Made by a program: the position numbers and the translations under genes. The notes beneath the pieces were generated by a model that ran no database searches, was not told the DNA's origin, and saw only the letters and a program-made list of their open reading frames with translations. From Octopus bimaculoides (Eukaryota), in the NCBI RefSeq assembly GCF_001194135.2, contig NC_068984.1:79611234-79674764 (forward strand): DNA of 63,531 bases, in the 5' to 3' direction. Of the stretch, positions 61,225-63,531 are shown piece after piece. Numbering within the stretch: position 1 is the first letter of the stretch; each line of letters opens with the position of its first letter.

Positions 61225-62657
61225 TATATATATATATGCAAAGTCGTCTCAACCCAATGTAACATAGTGTTGGGACAATGTAGTTGACAGGGCCATTAGG
61301 GAAAAGTAACAGGCATGGAAGGACTGGAAGAATGGTGGTAGCAGGGAATTGCATCAGATTGCCAGAAGGGAAGCTAGGAGACAGGTTTACTTACCCAGAG
61401 GGAAGCAGATAAGAAAAATTTGCTAATGTTCTGCATTGTGAGGACCAAATACTTGAAGTGTTTCATGCTGCAAGACAGTGTGTGAGAGAAAATCACGATG
61501 TCATAGAAGAGAAATGTGTCTGCATGGATGATGGCTCACTTGAATTTAATGAGGCTGCAAACAGAAAGACTTGGAGACACCACTATGAAAGGTTGCTAAA
61601 TGAAGAAAATGAATGGGAGAAAGAGAGTCTACCGAATGCCCACCCAACAAATGGACAAGCTATCTGAATTGACAGTACCTTGATAGATAAAGAAGTTAAG
61701 GATATAAAGACGGAAAGCCCCTGGCCCATCAGGAATCACCATAGAGATACTTAAAATATCTGGCAGTGTTGGCTATAGTCTAGTCATCCGTATAGTCAAT
61801 TAGGTGATACAGAAAGAGTCATACCCAGTGAGTAGTGTACCAGCACCATAGTCAACTGCTACAAAGGTAAAGGTAATGCATTAGATACAAATAATTACAG
61901 AGGTATCAGGTTGTTGGATCAGGTAATGAAAGACATGGAGTGGGTCATAGCCCAACTAATTAGGGAGAGAGTCAGTTTAGATGAGATGCAGTTTGGGTTT
62001 GTGCCAGGGAAAAGCACCACTGATGTTATATTTCTGGTATGACAGCTGCAAGAAAAATACCTAACCAAAGATAAACCTCTGTACCTGGCTTTTGTTGACA
62101 TGGAGAAAGCCTTTGACAGGGTCCTCCAATCCTTTATCTGGTGGTCAATACAGAAACAGTAAGGTGAGGAGGGTTGGCAATGAGTACAGTGAAAAATTCT
62201 GGGTAGGGGTTCACCAAGGATCAGTTCTCAGCCCCCTCTTATTCATCATAGTCCTTTAGGCAATAACAGAGGAATTCTAGACAGGATACCCCTGGGAGCT
62301 TCTCTATGCTGATGCTCTAATAGCTGAGTCATTACCAGAACTAGAGGAGAAGTTTCAGGTGTTGAAGCAAGGTCTAGAACCGAAGGACATTAGAGTCAAC
62401 CTAGCAAAACAAAAGTCTTAATAATTAGGAAGGCAGACAAATCACAAATCTCTTCAGGTAGATGGCCCTGCTCGATCTGTAGAAAAGGCATAGGTAGAAA
62501 CTCCATATGATGTACCCAGTGTAAGATATGGACACATAAGAGGTGCAGCAATATCAAAGGAAGGCTAACTGGGAAGATAATTTTTGTGTGGACAGTCAAA
62601 TTGTCCAACCCATGCCAGCATGGAAAACGGACGTTAAACAATGATGATGGTGATGAT
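61225..62657 (+). mobile_element. Degenerate RTE LINE: RT domain with internal deletions, joined to its 3' tail
   Basis: CYKGKGNALDTNNYRGIRLLDQVMK...LDEMQFGFVPGKSTTDVIFL..LQEKYLTKDKPLYLAFVDMEKAFDRV; GVHQGSVLSPLLF; ELLYAD; stops and frameshifts; tail gtcaaattgtccaacccatgccagcatgg...gatgatg. Confidence 0.93.
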
Positions 62658-62659
62658 GC

Positions 62660-62796
62660 ATGTGGTAAGTAGCTTGCTTACCAACCACATAGTTCTGTGT
62701 TCAGTCCCACTGCGTGGCACCTTGGGCAAGTGTCTTTTACTATAGCCTTGTGAGTGGATTTGGTAGACGGAAACTGAAAGAAGCCTGTTGTGTATA

Positions 62797-62851
<55 letters not shown>

Positions 62852-63080
62852 ATGTGTGTGTGTTTGTGTGTCTGTGTTTGTCCCCCAACATCACTTGACA
62901 ACCGATGCTGGTGTGCTTATGTTCCCGTAACTTAGCAGTTTGGCAAAGAGACTGATAGAATAAGTACTAGGCTTCCAAAGAATAAGTCCTGGGGTCGATT
63001 TGCTCAACTAAAGGCGGTGCTCCAGCATGGCTGCAGTCAAATGGCTGAAACAAGTATAAAAGAGAAAAAGAGAAAAAAGA
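62660..63080 (+). mobile_element. SINE family A
   Basis: tgtggtaagtagcttgcttaccaacc...ggctgaaacaagtataaaagag. Confidence 0.88.
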
Positions 63081-63215
63081 GAGTATGTGTGTGTGTGTGT
63101 GTGTGTATGCGTGTATGTATATATGTATTTATACATACATATATATTTATACACACTCAGACATATACATACACATATACATATATATATACACACACAT
63201 ATACACACACATATA

Positions 63216-63531
63216 TCCCTTATCTGGTGGTCAATGAGGAAACTTGGGATAGAAGAATGGCTAGTGAGAGCTGTGCGAGCCATGTACAGAGATGCGGCCA
63301 GTAAGGTGAGGGTTGGAAATGAGTACAGCAATGAATTCCGGGTAGAGGTAGGGGTCCACCAAGGTTCCGTCCTCAGCCCCCTATTATTTACCATAGTCCT
63401 CCAGGCAATCACAGAGGAGTTCAAGACAGGTTGCCCCTGGGAGCTCCTCTATGCTGATGACCTTGCCCTAATTGCGGAGTCACTATCAGAACTAGAGGAG
63501 AAGTTTCAGGTGTGGAAGCAAGGTCTAGAAT
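63216..63531 (+). mobile_element. 5'-truncated, apparently young RTE LINE; RT frame open to the window end
   Basis: SLIWWSMRKLGIEEWLVRAVRAMYRDAASKVRVGNEYSNEFRVEVGVHQGSVLSPLLFTIVLQAITEEFKTGCPWELLYADDLALIAESLSELEEKFQVWKQGLE; no stop in 105 codons; YADD intact. Confidence 0.93.

Overview
Eukaryotic, AT-rich, repeat-dominated DNA, most likely octopus (coleoid cephalopod). That assignment is inferred from the tRNA-derived SINE families, RTE-type (GAT)n-tailed repeats and dense microsatellites; nine N-gaps total about 3.2 kb. I recognise only one host coding exon: 188 nt on the + strand (3478-3665) of a glycosyltransferase family 7 gene (beta-1,4-galactosyltransferase / bre-4-like beta-1,4-GalNAc-transferase; FHDVD motif). 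The expected next exon (LPY..FGGV..NGFSN.YWGWGGEDDD) was not found in the following ~60 kb, so the rest is probably one very large intron, or the exon lies in a gap. The remainder is a mosaic of mobile elements: RTE LINE fragments, several SINE families, R4/Dong-like RLE LINE fragments, Penelope-like remnants, Tigger/pogo, mariner, a Tc1/mariner deletion derivative, piggyBac-like and palindromic MITEs, a Helentron-type element and a Helitron. The best candidates for something undescribed are: (1) a 1.15-kb degenerate satellite joined to the Helitron helicase remnant, built from about 20 exact TTCCAGGAA STAT-type sites, where a single G>A change creates perfect heat-shock elements; (2) minimal hammerhead-ribozyme-like motifs with palindromic stem III in Penelope-like context; (3) a perfect 31-bp-stem fold-back; (4) an (ATT)n island holding about 12 co-oriented SINEs and opposite-strand Dong-like fragments. 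There is no CRISPR array, rRNA or true tRNA gene. All family assignments come from manual translation and motif recall, not database searches, and repeat boundaries are approximate.
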